The notes under the pieces: generated by a model
Told to the model about the DNA's origin: nothing
Seen by the model: the letters and a program-made list of their open reading frames with translations, nothing else
Database searches by the model: none
DNA from: a bacterium
Lineage (GTDB): Bacteria; Bacillota_I; Bacilli_A; RFN20; CAG-826
Assembly (NCBI GenBank): GCA_963611815.1
Contig: CAVDSY010000017.1
Coordinates: 350 to 64,349, forward strand
Length of the DNA stretch: 64,000 nt
Direction of reading: 5' to 3'
Part shown: piece after piece, positions 53,729-63,202 of the stretch
Numbering within the stretch: position 1 is the first letter of the stretch
Layout of the letters: each line of letters starts with the position of its first letter
Made by a program: the position numbers and the translations under genes

Positions 53729-54844
53729 ATGCCATTAAAAGCCGGAATCGTCGGTCTGCCAAACGTCGGTAAATCCACCTTGTTCAACGCGATCACCAAT
53801 TCGCATGTCGAAGCAGCCAACTACCCCTTCGCCACCATCAACCCCAACACGGGAGTGGTGACGGTGCCCGATGAGCGCCTCGATTTCCTTTGCGATATGT
53901 TCCATCCGGCGAAAAGGGTCGCTGCGACGTTTGATTTTTATGATATCGCCGGCCTCGTTAAAGGTGCGTCGAAAGGCGAGGGGCTTGGCAACCAGTTTCT
54001 TGCAGCCATACGCGAATGCGATGCGATCTGCGAGGTCGTCAGATGTTTTGATTCCAATGAAATCACCCACGTTGAGGCGAGCGTCGACCCGGAGAGGGAC
54101 ATCTCAATCATCGATCTCGAACTCTCGATGGCCGATTATGAAAGTGTCGTCGCGCGTTCTGGCAAGCAGGGCATAAAAGCCAGGGTGGCCCACGATAAAG
54201 TCGCTCAGTACGAGATGGCCATTCTGACCCCTTTGGAGAAGTGGCTTGGAGAAGGGAAACCCGCGCGCACCTGCCCGGATCTAAGCGATGAGCAGAAAGA
54301 GTACGCCAGGAAAAACTTTTTTCTCCTTTCTAGCAAACCAATCATCTACGTCGCCAATGTCGCCGATTCCGATTATGCGGATTTGGGGAATTGCAAGTAC
54401 TATCAGACCGTCAAGAGAATCGCGGAGAGCCAGGGGGCGCAATGCATTCCTGTCTCCTGCGAGATTGAATACGAGATTTCCCAGCTTTCCGGGCAGGAAA
54501 GAAAAGAGTTCCTGGAGACTTTGGGGGCTGAGGAAAGCGGATTGGATAAGCTTGTGAAAGCCGCTTATCGCTTGCTGAACCTTTCGACTTTCTTCACCTG
54601 CGGGACCGACGAATGCAGGGCTTGGACGTTTAAGAACGGAATGACCGCGCCTGAGTGCGCCGGCATCATTCATACCGACTTCCAAAAGGGTTTCATCAAA
54701 GCCGAGGTTTACGATTTCGACTGCCTTAAGCAATACGGCTCCGAATCGGCGGTGAAAGAGGCCGGCAAACTCCGCCAGGAGGGAAAGGAATACCGAATGA
54801 AGGACGGCGATGTCGTCTTCTTCCGGTTCAACGTTACCAAATGA
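53729..54844 (+). CDS. ychF: Ribosome-binding ATPase YchF
   Basis: [16 protein letters not shown] and a C-terminal TGS-like domain ([13 protein letters not shown]). Confidence 0.95.
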   Translation: MPLKAGIVGLPNVGKSTLFNAITNSHVEAANYPFATINPNTGVVTVPDERLDFLCDMFHPAKRVAATFDFYDIAGLVKGASKGEGLGNQFLAAIRECDAICEVVRCFDSNEITHVEASVDPERDISIIDLELSMADYESVVARSGKQGIKARVAHDKVAQYEMAILTPLEKWLGEGKPARTCPDLSDEQKEYARKNFFLLSSKPIIYVANVADSDYADLGNCKYYQTVKRIAESQGAQCIPVSCEIEYEISQLSGQERKEFLETLGAEESGLDKLVKAAYRLLNLSTFFTCGTDECRAWTFKNGMTAPECAGIIHTDFQKGFIKAEVYDFDCLKQYGSESAVKEAGKLRQEGKEYRMKDGDVVFFRFNVTK

Positions 54845-55329
54845 GCGACACTCGCATCGGCATCGGTGAGGATATCCATCGTTTCATCGAGGGAAAGCAG
54901 CTTGTCCTCGGGGGAGTCAAAATCCCTTTCGCGAAAGGCCTGCTTGCCCACAGCGACGGCGATGTGGTGCTGCATGCCGTGAGCGACGCCTTGCTAGGCT
55001 CGCTTGCTTTAGGGGACATCGGTCACTTCTTCAGGACTGACGATCCGCGCTGGGAAAACGCCAATAGCCAGGAGATCGTCTCAGGCGTGATGGCGATGGT
55101 CAAAGAAAAAGGCTATTGCGTCGGCAATCTGGACGTGATCATCTTGGCGGAGAGGCCAAAGCTTGCCTCCTTCCTGCCTGAGATGAGGCAAAATCTCTCA
55201 AGGCTTCTTGAAATCGACGCTTCGCGCATCGGGATTCAAGCAGGCACCGAAGAGGGGCTTGGCGAAGTGGGGCGCGAAGAAGGCATCCGCGCGAAAGCCG
55301 CGGTGCTCGTTTACAAAGAAAGGGAATAA
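54841..55329 (+). CDS. ispF: 2-C-methyl-D-erythritol 2,4-cyclodiphosphate synthase
   Basis: IGIGEDIHRF...HSDGDVVLHA...GDIG motifs. Confidence 0.9.
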   Translation: MSDTRIGIGEDIHRFIEGKQLVLGGVKIPFAKGLLAHSDGDVVLHAVSDALLGSLALGDIGHFFRTDDPRWENANSQEIVSGVMAMVKEKGYCVGNLDVIILAERPKLASFLPEMRQNLSRLLEIDASRIGIQAGTEEGLGEVGREEGIRAKAAVLVYKERE

Positions 55330-55331
55330 GA

Positions 55332-56960
55332 ATGGACAATGAAACGAAATTGAAGCAGAGCCTGATTCCGGTTTTGAAGGAATTCGGCATTGACGCCAAC
55401 GAAAACGACATCGTCATTGAACGAAGCAAAGACGCCGCCCATGGCGATTATGCGACCAACTGCGCGATGAAATTCGCTAAGCGCATAGGCAAGATCCCCC
55501 ACGCTTTCGCGGAGGAACTCGTCGCCAAGCTTTCCCTCGACTTCGTTGAGAAAATCGAGATCGCGGGGCCTGGCTTCATCAACTTCTTCATGAAGCAAGG
55601 TGCTTTGACCGACGTGCTTGGGAAGATATTCGCGGAAGGGAACTCCTTTGGCAGGGCGCCTAGGAATGGGCAAAAGGTAGACGTAGAGTACGTTTCCGCC
55701 AACCCTACCGGGGATTTGCATCTCGGCCACACGCGCTGCGCAGCGGTGGGAGACGTCATCTCCTCGCTGCTTGATTGGGCTGGATATGATGTCACGCGTG
55801 AATACTACGTGAACGATTGCGGCAATCAGGTTGAGCATCTTGGCCATTCGATCCGTGCTCGTTATCACGAAGCTTTTGGTGAGCCTCTTGACCTAGCGGA
55901 GGACGATTACCACGGCGTCGACCTCATCAAAATCGCCGAAAAGATAAAAGAGCTTTATGGCAATCGCTATTTGAAAGACGACCAGGAGTCCCACGACTTC
56001 TTCATTCGCTTTGGCATCGACGCCGAGCTTGAGAAGATATGGAAGGATATGGCGGATTTCCGCGTCCATTTCGATAAAGTAACCTACGAAAGCGATATCC
56101 GCAAAGGCGGAAATATTGAGAAAACCATCGCCAAGCTCAAAGAAAAAGGCTATGTCTACGAAGATGGTGGCGCCACTTATTTGGCGACGACCAAATTCAT
56201 CGATGACAAGGACCGCCCAATCGTCAAATCCGATGGACTTTACACTTATTTCATGCCCGATATCTGCTACCACTACGATAAGATGAGCCGCGGTTTCAGT
56301 CACCTTATCGATGTTCTTGGAGCCGATCACCATGGCTATATCGCCCGTATGAAGAGCGCTTTGATGATGGAAGGTTACCCTGAGGATTCTTTGGAGGCTC
56401 AGTTTGTCCAGGTTGTCCGCGTCTACAAAGACGGGGAAGAGGTAAGGATGAGCAAAAGGACCGGCAAAGCAATCGCTCACCGCGAGCTGGTGGAGGAAGT
56501 GGGCGTTGACGCCGTCCGCTATTTCTTTGTGGAGCGCAGCGCTTCAAGCCATTTGGATTTCAACTACAACCTCGCCATGGAGCAAAGCTCGTCCAACCCC
56601 GTCTTTTATTCGCAATATGCCCATGCGCGTTGCGCCTCGCTGCTGAAACTTGGCGATGGCATTGCCATCGATGAGAGCGGCAAGATGCTCAAAGAGCCCG
56701 CCGAACTTGCGATTTTGAAACATTTGGCGGATTTTCCGAGTATGATAGAATCCGCTGCGAAGGAGAGGGAGCCGGCGAAAGCCGTCGCCTATGTTCACAA
56801 GCTTGCGGGACTCGTCCATGAGTTCTATGCAGCTTGCAGAATCATCGACCGCGAAAATCTCCCCTTGACCTCGTCGCGCCTAGGCCTTATAAAGGCTTGC
56901 GAAATCGTCTTGGAAAACGGTTTAGGGATCCTCGGGGTCTCTGCGCCGGAGAAGATGTGA
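55332..56960 (+). CDS. argS: Arginine--tRNA ligase
   Basis: Class I HIGH-type motif (ANPTGDLHLGH), an MSKRTG motif and a DALR anticodon-binding end. Confidence 0.95.
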   Translation: MDNETKLKQSLIPVLKEFGIDANENDIVIERSKDAAHGDYATNCAMKFAKRIGKIPHAFAEELVAKLSLDFVEKIEIAGPGFINFFMKQGALTDVLGKIFAEGNSFGRAPRNGQKVDVEYVSANPTGDLHLGHTRCAAVGDVISSLLDWAGYDVTREYYVNDCGNQVEHLGHSIRARYHEAFGEPLDLAEDDYHGVDLIKIAEKIKELYGNRYLKDDQESHDFFIRFGIDAELEKIWKDMADFRVHFDKVTYESDIRKGGNIEKTIAKLKEKGYVYEDGGATYLATTKFIDDKDRPIVKSDGLYTYFMPDICYHYDKMSRGFSHLIDVLGADHHGYIARMKSALMMEGYPEDSLEAQFVQVVRVYKDGEEVRMSKRTGKAIAHRELVEEVGVDAVRYFFVERSASSHLDFNYNLAMEQSSSNPVFYSQYAHARCASLLKLGDGIAIDESGKMLKEPAELAILKHLADFPSMIESAAKEREPAKAVAYVHKLAGLVHEFYAACRIIDRENLPLTSSRLGLIKACEIVLENGLGILGVSAPEKM

Positions 56961-56973
56961 AAGGAAAACCACA

Positions 56974-57402
56974 ATGAAAAAAGAATCAATGATTGACCTC
57001 GCTTACAAAATTTTGAGCGAATCCAGCGAGCCCATCGCCTTCAAAGATCTTTGGGATAAGATCAAAACCGAACTTGAAATCGGGCCGGATGAAGAAGAAG
57101 CCAGAATCGGCCATTTCTATACTGATATTTCTTTGGATGGCCGCTTCGTTCAGGATGGCGATTATACTTGGAACCTCCGTTCGAGGACCCTTTTCGACAA
57201 GACCCGCATCGATACTTCCGTCTTCTATGAGAACGACGAGACCGAAGCCGATAGGGACGAGACCGACGTCAAGGAAGAAGCCGAATACAATGCTTCCGTC
57301 ACCGGCGAGGCGCTCAGCACGGACGAAGGCGAGAGCGAAGACGGCGAGGAAGGCTCGCACAAAACCGAAACCGCCGCTGATCTTGGCGTTAAGATCATCT
57401 GA
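56974..57402 (+). CDS. rpoE: RNA polymerase delta subunit
   Basis: N-terminal HARE-HTH-like domain (MIDLAYKILSES...FKDLWDKI) and an acidic Asp/Glu-rich C-terminal tail. Confidence 0.8.
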   Translation: MKKESMIDLAYKILSESSEPIAFKDLWDKIKTELEIGPDEEEARIGHFYTDISLDGRFVQDGDYTWNLRSRTLFDKTRIDTSVFYENDETEADRDETDVKEEAEYNASVTGEALSTDEGESEDGEEGSHKTETAADLGVKII

Positions 57403-57424
57403 TTATTCATTAAACGTCGTCAAG

Positions 57425-57446
57425 GCGCTCGAAAGAGCGTCTTTTT
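57425..57446 (+). terminator. Intrinsic terminator of rpoE
   Basis: Stem gcgctc (57425-57430), loop gaaa, stem gagcgt (57435-57440), then ctttttc. Confidence 0.55.
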
Positions 57447-57489
57447 CTTTCCCTTTGCTGCGAAATCGGCTATCTTAATAGGCTTTCCT

Positions 57490-58446
57490 ATGAGGAATTT
57501 CGCATCGCTTCTTAAAACAATCGCTGAAGAAAAGATCATCACGATATGGGGCCACGCCTTGCCTGATGGCGATTGCTATGGCTCGCAGATTGGCCTCAGG
57601 GAAATCATCAAAGAAAATTTCCCGGGAAAAGAGGTCTACGCCATTGGCGGCGGCATGCCTTCGCTTTTCAAAAGGCTGTCCCCGATGGACGAAGTCGGCG
57701 ATGACAAGATAAAGCAATCGCTTGCGATTTTGGTTGATGTCTCCTGCTTAAGAAGAGTTGAGGATCAGCGCGTTTGCCACGCGAATCGTTTCCTGAAATT
57801 CGATCACCATGATCCAAATCGCGCCGGCGAGGATTTCCCTTTTCCCGATTATTATGTGGACAGGCATAAGATCGCCTGCGCGGAAATCATTGAGAATTTC
57901 GCCACGCAGAATCGGCTTAAAATTCCAAAAATCGCCGCAGAAGCCCTATATCTTGGCATTCTTACGGATTCTGGTTGTTTTCGCTTTTATGGCACAAATC
58001 AAGGCACGTGCGAGGCTGTGAAAAGGCTGATGAAATTAGGCGTCGAGCCCATTTCAATCCGCAGAATCGTCTATTTTGAGGATGATAGAACAAAAGCCTT
58101 CCATTCTTATTTACGCAATCACGCCGTTTCATACAAAGGCATAACCTATGTTTATTTAAAGCCCAGCGATTATCTTTCTTGCGGTATGAGCTACGAAGAG
58201 GCAGGCTCGATGGTTAATTGCATTGAGACGGTTTTTAATCCGAATATGTATTGCCTCTTTACCGAAGACGGAAAAGGGGCCATCAGGGGTGAGTTGAGAA
58301 GCGATAAGGGCTATCCTGTTCAGCCAACGGCCACTCGCTTCCATGGGGGAGGTCATCTTTTCGCCGCGGGGACTGAAACGTACTCATATGAGGAATCAAT
58401 GAAAGTGGTGGAAGAGCTTAGCAAGGTAAAGAAAGTGCTTCTATAA
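57490..58446 (+). CDS. DHH/DHHA1 phosphoesterase (NrnA-like oligoribonuclease/pAp phosphatase)
   Basis: WGHALPDGDCYGS, FDHH and GGGHLFAAG motifs. Confidence 0.8.
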   Translation: MRNFASLLKTIAEEKIITIWGHALPDGDCYGSQIGLREIIKENFPGKEVYAIGGGMPSLFKRLSPMDEVGDDKIKQSLAILVDVSCLRRVEDQRVCHANRFLKFDHHDPNRAGEDFPFPDYYVDRHKIACAEIIENFATQNRLKIPKIAAEALYLGILTDSGCFRFYGTNQGTCEAVKRLMKLGVEPISIRRIVYFEDDRTKAFHSYLRNHAVSYKGITYVYLKPSDYLSCGMSYEEAGSMVNCIETVFNPNMYCLFTEDGKGAIRGELRSDKGYPVQPTATRFHGGGHLFAAGTETYSYEESMKVVEELSKVKKVLL

Positions 58447-58468
58447 TTTCGTTTGGAGGTCAGGACGG

Positions 58469-59254
58469 ATGTACGAGAAAGAACTTGAGGCGGCAATCAA
58501 AGCCGCTAAGCGGGCGGAAATCAAAATAAAGGAGATCTACTGCACGGATTTTCAGGTCGAGATCAAGACCGATGATTCGCCGGTAACCCTCGCCGACAAG
58601 ACTGCTGATGCGATGATAAGAGAGGATTTGGGCAAGGCTTTCCCCGACTATGGCTTCCTTACCGAAGAAAGCGTCGACACGAAGGAAAGACTTAGCAAAA
58701 AAGCCGTCTGGATTGTTGACCCGGTCGATGGCACGAAGGAATTCGTCAGTCGCAACGGCCAATTCACGACGAATATCGCTCTCGCAGTTGATCATGAGGT
58801 GGTCGTAGGGGTTATCAACGTCCCGATGCTTAATGTCCTCTATTTTGCCGTAAAAGGCGCAGGCGCTTATCGTCTCGACGAAGATGGTTCCCGCACGCGC
58901 ATTCACTGCTCGACAAGGGATGGCCGTTTGAGAACCGTGCGCTCAATCTCGTTTTTCAATGACAAAGAGAAGGCTTTTTACCTCACCCATCAAGACCGCT
59001 TCGAAGGCGAGGCGACCCCAATCGGCGCAGCCAATAAGTTCTGCGTCATCGCGCAGGGGGATTATGATTTCTTTTATCGCATGTCTAGCGGCACCAAAGA
59101 ATGGGACGTTGCTTCAGGTGATTTGCTGATTCACGAAGCCGGGGGCGCGATGGTGCAACCTAACGGCGAGCGTTTCCGTTACAACAGGGAAGATGTCTAC
59201 AATCGCGATGGTTATGTAATCGCCAATAAAAAGGATAATCTTATCCTGAAATGA
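58469..59254 (+). CDS. Inositol monophosphatase-family phosphatase (SuhB/CysQ-like)
   Basis: FLTEE, WIVDPVDGTKEF and WDVASG motifs. Confidence 0.8.
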   Translation: MYEKELEAAIKAAKRAEIKIKEIYCTDFQVEIKTDDSPVTLADKTADAMIREDLGKAFPDYGFLTEESVDTKERLSKKAVWIVDPVDGTKEFVSRNGQFTTNIALAVDHEVVVGVINVPMLNVLYFAVKGAGAYRLDEDGSRTRIHCSTRDGRLRTVRSISFFNDKEKAFYLTHQDRFEGEATPIGAANKFCVIAQGDYDFFYRMSSGTKEWDVASGDLLIHEAGGAMVQPNGERFRYNREDVYNRDGYVIANKKDNLILK

Positions 59255-59312
59255 CGCAAAACCCTTGTATCCTATAAGGAATGGACTATTCTATTCTCCG
59301 AAAGGAGCCATT

Positions 59313-59549
59313 ATGAAAACATTTAACAGTCTTCCTAGACTCGTCCAGTTCATTCTTCTTCTCATCCCTGGCGTCAACTGGGTTACCGAACTTATCGTTC
59401 GTATCACTTCCGTCATCGAGAGTCCGAAGGGGACCCACAATATCTTGGGTCTTGTTCTAGCCATCATCCCCTTCACCGGGACCATCCTTGGCTGGGTTGA
59501 CCTCGTCTGGGTTCTTGTTCAACATCACCTTCTTTGGGCCAACGACTAA
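59313..59549 (+). CDS. Small two-TM membrane protein of unknown function
   Basis: AAAGGAG SD before ATG 59313. Two hydrophobic segments (LVQFILLLIPGVNWV, ILGLVLAIIPFTGTILGWV). Confidence 0.5.
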   Translation: MKTFNSLPRLVQFILLLIPGVNWVTELIVRITSVIESPKGTHNILGLVLAIIPFTGTILGWVDLVWVLVQHHLLWAND

Positions 59550-59567
59550 TAAAGAAGCCAAATCAAA

Positions 59568-59593
59568 GCCCGGCATGATTGCTGGGCTTTTTT
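59568..59593 (+). terminator. Intrinsic terminator after the small membrane protein gene
   Basis: Stem gcccggc (59568-59574), loop atgatt, stem gctgggc (59581-59587, one G-U pair), then tttttt. Confidence 0.6.
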
Positions 59594-59625
59594 GCTATCT
59601 CGATATTTTGGAAAAGGAAATGATT

Positions 59626-60330
59626 TTACGCGATGTGGGCAACTTTGCTCTCGGGGCTGAATTTGACGCCAAAAGTCTTCTCTAAAGAATCGAAGAGGCC
59701 ATTAAGCACTTTTGCCGCGTAAAGAGTCAAATCAATGGAAAGAATAGAGGAAATGGTCTCATCTATTTTTTCTTGTGGCACGTTATAGCCCTTGAGCGTG
59801 AAGGAAAGGAAGTCCTCGATTTTGCGTTTGAAGGTGAATTTGCTGTCGCATGGCCGTTCCATGTAAGCCCTAATGAGCCCAGATGAGCCGACCTCCGTTT
59901 CGTAGAAATCCTCTTCGTCCCAGCTTGGGTTATAGGCTTTGAAGGCGTGCTGAAGTTCTTTGGTGGTTCTTTTTCTGATGAATTCCAAACACTTTTGATC
60001 TGTATAGGCTTCTAAATAAGCTTCTCTGATGTGATCGTGTATTTCGGCGGCTGCAAGCTGGATGGCTGTCTCAAGGGCATACACGTGGACGGGGTCGTCA
60101 TTAGGGTAGCTGCGGGCGTGCGCGAATTGGCTGTCGAAAATGAAATCGATGAGTTCATAGAGCACGCCGTCTTTGTTTTTGAAGATGCGGTGGAAGGAAG
60201 CGGGGGTGACATCCGCTTCGGCGGTGATTGTTTTCACTCGCGTTTGTTTGAAGCCCTCTTCAACGAATTCCTTCACACAAGCCATGAGAATGCGCCATTT
60301 CGGGTCTTTTACTTGCTCTTTGCTGATCAT
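59626..60330 (-). CDS. TetR/AcrR-family transcriptional regulator
   Basis: N-terminal HTH (ILMACVKEFVEEGFKQTRVKTITAEADVTPASFHRIFKNKDG). Confidence 0.8.
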   Translation of the reverse strand: MISKEQVKDPKWRILMACVKEFVEEGFKQTRVKTITAEADVTPASFHRIFKNKDGVLYELIDFIFDSQFAHARSYPNDDPVHVYALETAIQLAAAEIHDHIREAYLEAYTDQKCLEFIRKRTTKELQHAFKAYNPSWDEEDFYETEVGSSGLIRAYMERPCDSKFTFKRKIEDFLSFTLKGYNVPQEKIDETISSILSIDLTLYAAKVLNGLFDSLEKTFGVKFSPESKVAHIA

Positions 60331-60497
60331 GGTATTTTATTTGCCGACTTTTCGCGTCAATAAAAAATAAAGGAAAAGACGCTTTCTCACAAGAGCATTG
60401 GTTAGATTTGCTCAATTAGCATCGTTTTTTGCGCTGAAAATTACAAAGATAAAACAAAAATCAATCGAAAAACGTCAATGTTCGGTTTTGATTGCTT

Positions 60498-60800
60498 TTA
60501 TATCCCTGCTTTGGCCAGGGCGGCTTCCTGCTTTTTGGCAAGATACTCCGACATCATGTCCTCGGGAACGCCGTCGGTTTTGACGGCCATTACGCCAGGG
60601 ACCTCTTCCATCAGAATGATCTCAACGCCGGCCGAGATGTCCTCTCCGGCGTACATGCATCCGCTGCAGGCGCCAGTCATCGTGAGATAGACGATGCCAT
60701 CGCGGAAACCGATATAGTCGATGTCTCCTCCATCACGCTGGAGGAATGGGCGGACCTTGTCGATCGTCGCCAGAATGAGTTTTTCGGTTGAATCTTCCAT
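60498..60800 (-). CDS. NifU C-terminal domain (Nfu-like) Fe-S carrier protein
   Basis: IDKVRPFLQRDGGDIDY ... TGACSGC (CxxC) motif. Confidence 0.85.
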   Translation of the reverse strand: MEDSTEKLILATIDKVRPFLQRDGGDIDYIGFRDGIVYLTMTGACSGCMYAGEDISAGVEIILMEEVPGVMAVKTDGVPEDMMSEYLAKKQEAALAKAGI

Positions 60801-61045
60801 AAATTTGCTTCGGTATTTTAATCAGGTAATTTCCCGTTGCAAATGATACGCTTTTTGTTTGTTATTTTCCCTCCTGCAATATAATGAACCGGCCTTTGGG
60901 GCTGAGAGTTGTCGAGCCCTTTCGGAAAAAGCTTCGGAAGCGTTTCTACGCCGCTTGCGACTTGCCGTTCCCAAATGGTCAGGAACCACTCCTCCTGGTG
61001 GCGCTTTGCATGGCGCATTAAGTGAGTTCAAAGAAAGGCAAAAGC

Positions 61046-62755
61046 ATGAGCAAAGAAGTCAAGAAATTCTCGGAATGGCCCTTTAAGGTTCCTTCCATCC
61101 AAAAAGAGGTCGCGAAAACGAAGTCCTTCACCGCCGCCCTTGTCGCCGCTAAAAGCGGAGAAGAAGCGCTTGCGGTTTGGAAAAAGTACGCAAAAGCCCA
61201 AGATTCTTTCGGAAACGAGGCAACGCACATCTCCGTTCTTTACTCCTTGGATACGACTAACAAGAAATACGAGGATGCGATGAATGTGCTCAATGAAGGC
61301 CTTCCTCTTATCCAAGTCGAGACCAACAAATGGGCCGAAGCCCTTTTGAAGAGCCCTTATCGGCCCTTCCTTGAGGAAAAGCTTGGCTCCTTCCTTTTCG
61401 AAATGATGGAATACCAACTGAAGTCCTTCGATGAGAGGGTGGTTGAGGAGGCCGTTGAGGAGAGCAAACTGACGATGGAATACGACGCTCTTATCGCTTC
61501 CGCCAAAGTCAGCTTCCGCGGCGAGACTTATAACCTTCCCCAAATGGGCAAGTTTTTGCAAGACGTCGATAGGGAAACCAGAAAAGAAGCGGCGGAGGCT
61601 TATTATTCATATCTCGACGCGAACATCAAAGACAAAGCCGAGGAACTTTACGACAAACTCGTTAAGGTGCGGACCAAGATGGCTAAAAAGATGGGCTATT
61701 CCTCTTACACCGAGCTCGCCTATATCAAGATGAGCCGTTTTGACTACGATCAGAAAGACGTTGCGAGGCATCGCGAACAAATCAAGGAATTCGTTACCCC
61801 GATTACCTGCAAAATCAAGAAAGATCAGTTCAAAAGGACAGGAATTCGCAATCCCAAGGCCTATGATATGGGGCTTTACTTCAAAGAGGGGAATCCTCTA
61901 CCTAAGGGCACGACGGCGGATAAGATCGAAAACGCCAAGAAGATGTATGACGATCTTTCTAAAGAGACCAGCTATTTCTTCTCGTTCATGGCCGATCACG
62001 AAGTCATGGATCTTGAGGCGAAGCCGGGCAAGCAGTCCGGTGGCTATATGACCTACTTCCCCGCTTACAAGATTCCTTTCATCTTTTCCAATTTCAATGG
62101 GACGAGCGGCGACGTCGATGTCTTGACCCATGAGTTCGGCCATAGTTTCCAGGCTTATATGGCCAGAGGAATTTCCATCCCTGAATACCGCTCGCCGACG
62201 ATGGAGGCCTGCGAGATCGATTCGATGTCGATGGAATTCTTCGCCGAGCCATGGATGGACCTTTTCTTTGACGAGCCGAACAAATACCGTTACGTCCATC
62301 TGGCTGATGCGATCACTTTCCTTCCCTATGGGGTGACTGTCGATGAGTTCCAGCATTGGGTCTACGACAATCCGGACGCGACGCCTGAGGAAAGGGATGC
62401 GAAGTGGGTTGAGCTGGAAAACAAATACACGCCTTACAAAGCTAAACTTTACAAAGGCTGCCAATACCTTGAAAGCGGGCATCGCTGGCTGCTTCAAAGC
62501 CATATTTTCGATGTTCCTTTCTACTACATCGATTACACTTTGGCCCAAGTCATGGCCTTCGAGTTCTTCAATCTCGACAGGAAGAACCACAAGCTGGCAT
62601 GGGGACGCTACCTCAAACTTTGTAAGATGGGCGGGAAGTATCCTTTCCGGACATTGGTCATCAAAGACCATATGAAGGATCCGTTTGAGCCGGGTGTGGT
62701 GGAGAAGGCCATCAAGCCCCTGCTTAAAGTGCTGAAGTCCTACAAGCTAGACTAA
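61046..62755 (+). CDS. pepF: M3B-family oligoendopeptidase F
   Basis: Zinc motif HEFGH and the full-length PepF-like pattern (569 aa from ATG 61046). Confidence 0.9.
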   Translation: MSKEVKKFSEWPFKVPSIQKEVAKTKSFTAALVAAKSGEEALAVWKKYAKAQDSFGNEATHISVLYSLDTTNKKYEDAMNVLNEGLPLIQVETNKWAEALLKSPYRPFLEEKLGSFLFEMMEYQLKSFDERVVEEAVEESKLTMEYDALIASAKVSFRGETYNLPQMGKFLQDVDRETRKEAAEAYYSYLDANIKDKAEELYDKLVKVRTKMAKKMGYSSYTELAYIKMSRFDYDQKDVARHREQIKEFVTPITCKIKKDQFKRTGIRNPKAYDMGLYFKEGNPLPKGTTADKIENAKKMYDDLSKETSYFFSFMADHEVMDLEAKPGKQSGGYMTYFPAYKIPFIFSNFNGTSGDVDVLTHEFGHSFQAYMARGISIPEYRSPTMEACEIDSMSMEFFAEPWMDLFFDEPNKYRYVHLADAITFLPYGVTVDEFQHWVYDNPDATPEERDAKWVELENKYTPYKAKLYKGCQYLESGHRWLLQSHIFDVPFYYIDYTLAQVMAFEFFNLDRKNHKLAWGRYLKLCKMGGKYPFRTLVIKDHMKDPFEPGVVEKAIKPLLKVLKSYKLD

Positions 62756-62757
62756 AC

Positions 62758-62846
62758 AAAAAACGGTAATGCTCCAACGGATTTGCAACTGCCTCCTTGG
62801 AAAAAGTGGCAGCTAGAAATCCCGCTGCACCAGCATTACCGTTTTT
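62758..62846. terminator. Extended imperfect hairpin after pepF, a probable bidirectional terminator
   Basis: Outer arms are aaaaaacggtaatgct (62758-62773) and agcattaccgttttt (62832-62846). Inner pairings are ggattt/aaatcc and ctgcc/ggcag. Confidence 0.6.
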
Positions 62847-63202
62847 CTGCCGTCGCCGTCCGTAGACACTAGGTTCAATAACGCCAGTCGGCTTTTAAAA
62901 CCGCCGGCATCATGCTTTCTCAATAGAAAACGAGCCTTTGAGATGGGCGAGTCGTTTTTGATGTCGTTGCTTTTCATTACCTTTTTACGTTAACGGAAGG
63001 CGGCAGTTATGTGTGGTCGGCCTCACTATGATACGGTATGAAGAGGCTCTTGGACAACCATGATTTGCTTTGTTGCCGGGGCTTTGAATCTGATCGAGTC
63101 GCCAAAAAAAGCGCTGAGGATGCAAGAAAAACGTCTGCTTATGGTTGCGCGTCGATGGCGACTGAATTATCAATTACTGATAAGAAGATCTGGGCTAGTT
63201 AT

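Noticed and set aside
60890-60935. TPP-riboswitch-like ggggctgaga motif in the pepF leader.
   Set aside because: The remaining TPP aptamer elements (the ACCTGATCTGGATAATGCCAGCG-type arm) are absent, and the downstream gene is unrelated to thiamine.
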